Assembly (NCBI GenBank): GCA_046563655.1
Contig: CM102288.1
Span: 5,952,001-6,016,000, forward strand
Origin: Yuukianura sp. NJ FZ-2021
Taxonomy: Eukaryota
Length of the DNA stretch: 64,000 bases
Reading direction: 5' to 3'
The notes beneath the pieces were generated by a model that worked only from the letters and a program-made list of their open reading frames with translations, did not search any database and was not told where the DNA came from. The position numbers and the translations under genes are program-made. Positions within the stretch are counted from its first letter, which is position 1. The number at the start of each line of letters is the position of its first letter. This document shows positions 61,459 to 64,000 of the stretch, in pieces.

Positions 61459-63891
61459 TTAAAAAGATAAGAAATCGAAAATCCCCTTGACAACTCTATG
61501 GTACAGTACATTTAATCTTAAGTTTTGTCGTAGGATTCGTAACCCGAGAACTCTGGTTTTTCTTAGTTTGAATTTACATAGTTGTACGGCCAATTCCAAC
61601 CGGTGGAATACCAGTTTAATTTTAACTACTATGTATGTATAAATAAGTGATTTCACTTCGTAAAGAAATACTAAACTACATAATGCCAAGCATCCGACAA
61701 TGATGTAGAAACACGTAATAATGTTCCCGCTTAAACTCAGTTTTTTTGGTTTAGCATTTACAGATTTTGTTTTCTCGTGTTCATTCATAATCTTGTCCTT
61801 TACCGTCAGTTTACTTATACGCGTCCACTTCTCCCACAACTGGTATATGCCAGATGACATAAATTGGTGCAATCTTGTGTACTCATACAAGTAAACAACA
61901 GTGTATCCTAGAGCCATTGAACTAAGTGGTTCAGTTCCTTTGCGGAAGTCTACAGCATGTTCTACGCCTTCATGCTGAAATTTGTTTTCATTGTGGGCTA
62001 AAAACAAATTCAAATTCGTCTCCGCTGACAGTAACGCTGTTTTTGAACAACCTAAAAACAGTTCTGAAAGTCTTGCAAGTGAGGCGTTCAGGTCGGGAAT
62101 TATCTTGAAGTTCACAGAACTGAGAACACGAACCATAAAGTTCTTAGGAAATTTTGATTTTAGGTTCAGATAATGGAGAGAGCTCCTCTCTTTCATTTCT
62201 GCCTCCCCGGAGGAGTAGTATTCAAAGGCGTTCGTACAAGTGCTCCAGCGTTTATCGTACTCCGCACAATCCAGAAGAGGAAGACCTTGAGAACTAAGTA
62301 ATTTGGTTAAACTGGCTATTCGTTTCAAAGTGGCAAGGAGTCCTGCCGACACAGAATCAAGGAAATGTCTACAGCGAGGGATTAGTTCGCTAGAACAAAG
62401 TGACGTGAGCTCAGCCTTGCCAAACCTATGAAATTTATAGCCATGGGCATAAGTCATTGCATATATGTAATAACTTGGAAAATCGTCGCTTATTACCAGA
62501 AAGTCCTCCAATTGATCGAACCTGTGGTACATTTGTCCCATTGGTTTTGCAGCAGTCAACTGCGACACAACTACTCCCTTGTATGCATTTGTCAAAACAA
62601 CAGTAATCATGAACCACAAACTAATCATAAAAATTCTACGATTTCGAGCTGCTTTTTGCTGCGGATCGGAAGAAATTTCAAAAAGACTTCCGAAATATAC
62701 CAGAAAAAAGTCTAGACAAATCGGAACAAAATTTTTAAATTGAAAGGTTGTGCGTGTCTGGGCATGGATTACCCAAGTAGCACAGAGTGGTAGTAAAACT
62801 CCTGTTACAAATACTGCACCCCAAGAGTACATATCATATGGTTTTGTGTAAATTTCAAAACTGAGCATCTCAAATATACCTTCAGAAGTCAAAAAACTTA
62901 ACATTTCCATTTTCACTGGAACAAAAAGTGGCGACAAGCTAAATGGGGGACGCAACTCTAATGTATTCAACGGATTCAACGCCCACACTAAAGATTGAAC
63001 ATCCACTGTTTTGAAGCTGTCTAAGTCCTCCGGTGTCCATCGCGTACTAGTAACCTTGTATCGTAAAAGTAATTGAATGTAGTGATCCAGAGTTAGCCCG
63101 TTTGCAAATGGTAGTATATGAGTTTTGAAAGGATTTAAAGCCTTGACAACATAGAGTTCTGCCTTCGGAGGTAAATTTTCTCTCGGATAGCACTGCCTTG
63201 CCAATCCCGCTGCGAAAGTTGGGATCATCACCGGAATCCGCTCCTGAGACATTGCCCCCGTAATGTTGTGTAAATAATTGGAACATTGCAAATGAATTTC
63301 GGAAATTACAAATTGAGTGTTGTCGGTAGTATCTTCAGTGTGTGCATAATGTGGAGTAAGTTTGTGCAGAAATAGGAGTCCATATGCCCAATACCGAACT
63401 ATCTGTTGTAGGTAATCATTACTTTCGAAACCACTCGAATTGCTAATTATATGAATTGAAAAGCCATACTTTCTCCATTCATGCACGTATTTTGATTTGA
63501 ATCCATATTTTGAACTAAAACAAGACTTGAGCTTCCATTGGCCACGATATTGCTGCGAGCCAATAATGCTTTTTGGAAATACGACAAAAATTTCCAAGTA
63601 GTTTAGCTTTTGACCACTAATGTGCACGTTGTCTATACGGGTCCATGTGCCGAAAACACCTTCGCAATTTCCATCTGGGAACTGCATGTAGTACAACTTG
63701 ACGGGAACGGCAAAACCGGAAGTGATTTCAGGTTGGTGAATGTTCTCGGCAATTATAAAGTTATCACTGTGTTCGAACTGGTTTACCAGTTCATTTAGGT
63801 TCACAATGTGAAATGTAGGCTGTTGCGCAATTCCTGAAGTAAGTAAAACAAAACTTAAAGTTGCAAACAAATTTAACACAAACTTGGACAT
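61459..63891 (-). CDS. Divergent ionotropic receptor, paralog 2, intronless
   Basis: 810-aa ORF collinear with paralog 1 (SDNFIIAENIHQPEITSGFA, DFFLVYFGSLFEISSDPQQK, YKGVVVS.LTAA, SSGIY.LW). Confidence 0.8.
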   Translation of the reverse strand: MSKFVLNLFATLSFVLLTSGIAQQPTFHIVNLNELVNQFEHSDNFIIAENIHQPEITSGFAVPVKLYYMQFPDGNCEGVFGTWTRIDNVHISGQKLNYLEIFVVFPKSIIGSQQYRGQWKLKSCFSSKYGFKSKYVHEWRKYGFSIHIISNSSGFESNDYLQQIVRYWAYGLLFLHKLTPHYAHTEDTTDNTQFVISEIHLQCSNYLHNITGAMSQERIPVMIPTFAAGLARQCYPRENLPPKAELYVVKALNPFKTHILPFANGLTLDHYIQLLLRYKVTSTRWTPEDLDSFKTVDVQSLVWALNPLNTLELRPPFSLSPLFVPVKMEMLSFLTSEGIFEMLSFEIYTKPYDMYSWGAVFVTGVLLPLCATWVIHAQTRTTFQFKNFVPICLDFFLVYFGSLFEISSDPQQKAARNRRIFMISLWFMITVVLTNAYKGVVVSQLTAAKPMGQMYHRFDQLEDFLVISDDFPSYYIYAMTYAHGYKFHRFGKAELTSLCSSELIPRCRHFLDSVSAGLLATLKRIASLTKLLSSQGLPLLDCAEYDKRWSTCTNAFEYYSSGEAEMKERSSLHYLNLKSKFPKNFMVRVLSSVNFKIIPDLNASLARLSELFLGCSKTALLSAETNLNLFLAHNENKFQHEGVEHAVDFRKGTEPLSSMALGYTVVYLYEYTRLHQFMSSGIYQLWEKWTRISKLTVKDKIMNEHEKTKSVNAKPKKLSLSGNIITCFYIIVGCLALCSLVFLYEVKSLIYTYIVVKIKLVFHRLELAVQLCKFKLRKTRVLGLRILRQNLRLNVLYHRVVKGIFDFLSF

Positions 63892-64000
63892 GGTTGAAGG
63901 AATTGAAGTTCAATGTTTTGTAATTGTTGATTATTTCCCAATCCTGATACCACAGTGCCAACCAACCTCAAGACGAAAATGAGATAAATTTAAAAAAAAA

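Overview
AT-rich, intron-dense animal (hexapod) genomic DNA, not prokaryotic. The intronless divergent ionotropic receptors, lineage-style Cys-rich secreted proteins and TTAGG tracts suggest a springtail (Collembola), but this is inference only. Left to right: two tandem CYP2-clan cytochrome P450 paralogs (-); Tango1/MIA3 (+); a claudin/PMP22-family gene (-); a large secreted Ala/Glu/Lys coiled-coil repeat gene that probably splices into Cys-rich exons (-); a defective and an apparently complete CACTA/EnSpm-like DNA transposon (CCC termini, 2-bp TSD, DUF4806-type ORF plus transposase); a small Cys-rich secreted protein (+); a kraken/SERHL-like serine hydrolase (-); a scramblase-like gene (+); an orphan secreted gene (-); a 19-kb sulfakinin/CCK-like receptor gene (+); and two intronless divergent ionotropic receptors (-). 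Several MITE families are present. The most striking observation is a 159-bp foldback MITE with an 8-bp TSD inside the ExxR-motif exon of the first P450. It can be removed as a GT-AG intron that restores exactly the paralog's protein sequence (VLLEVMRH), making it a candidate Introner-type intron gain. Other MITE-filled introns occur in only some units of the coiled-coil repeat gene. All exon boundaries were read by eye and no database searches were run.
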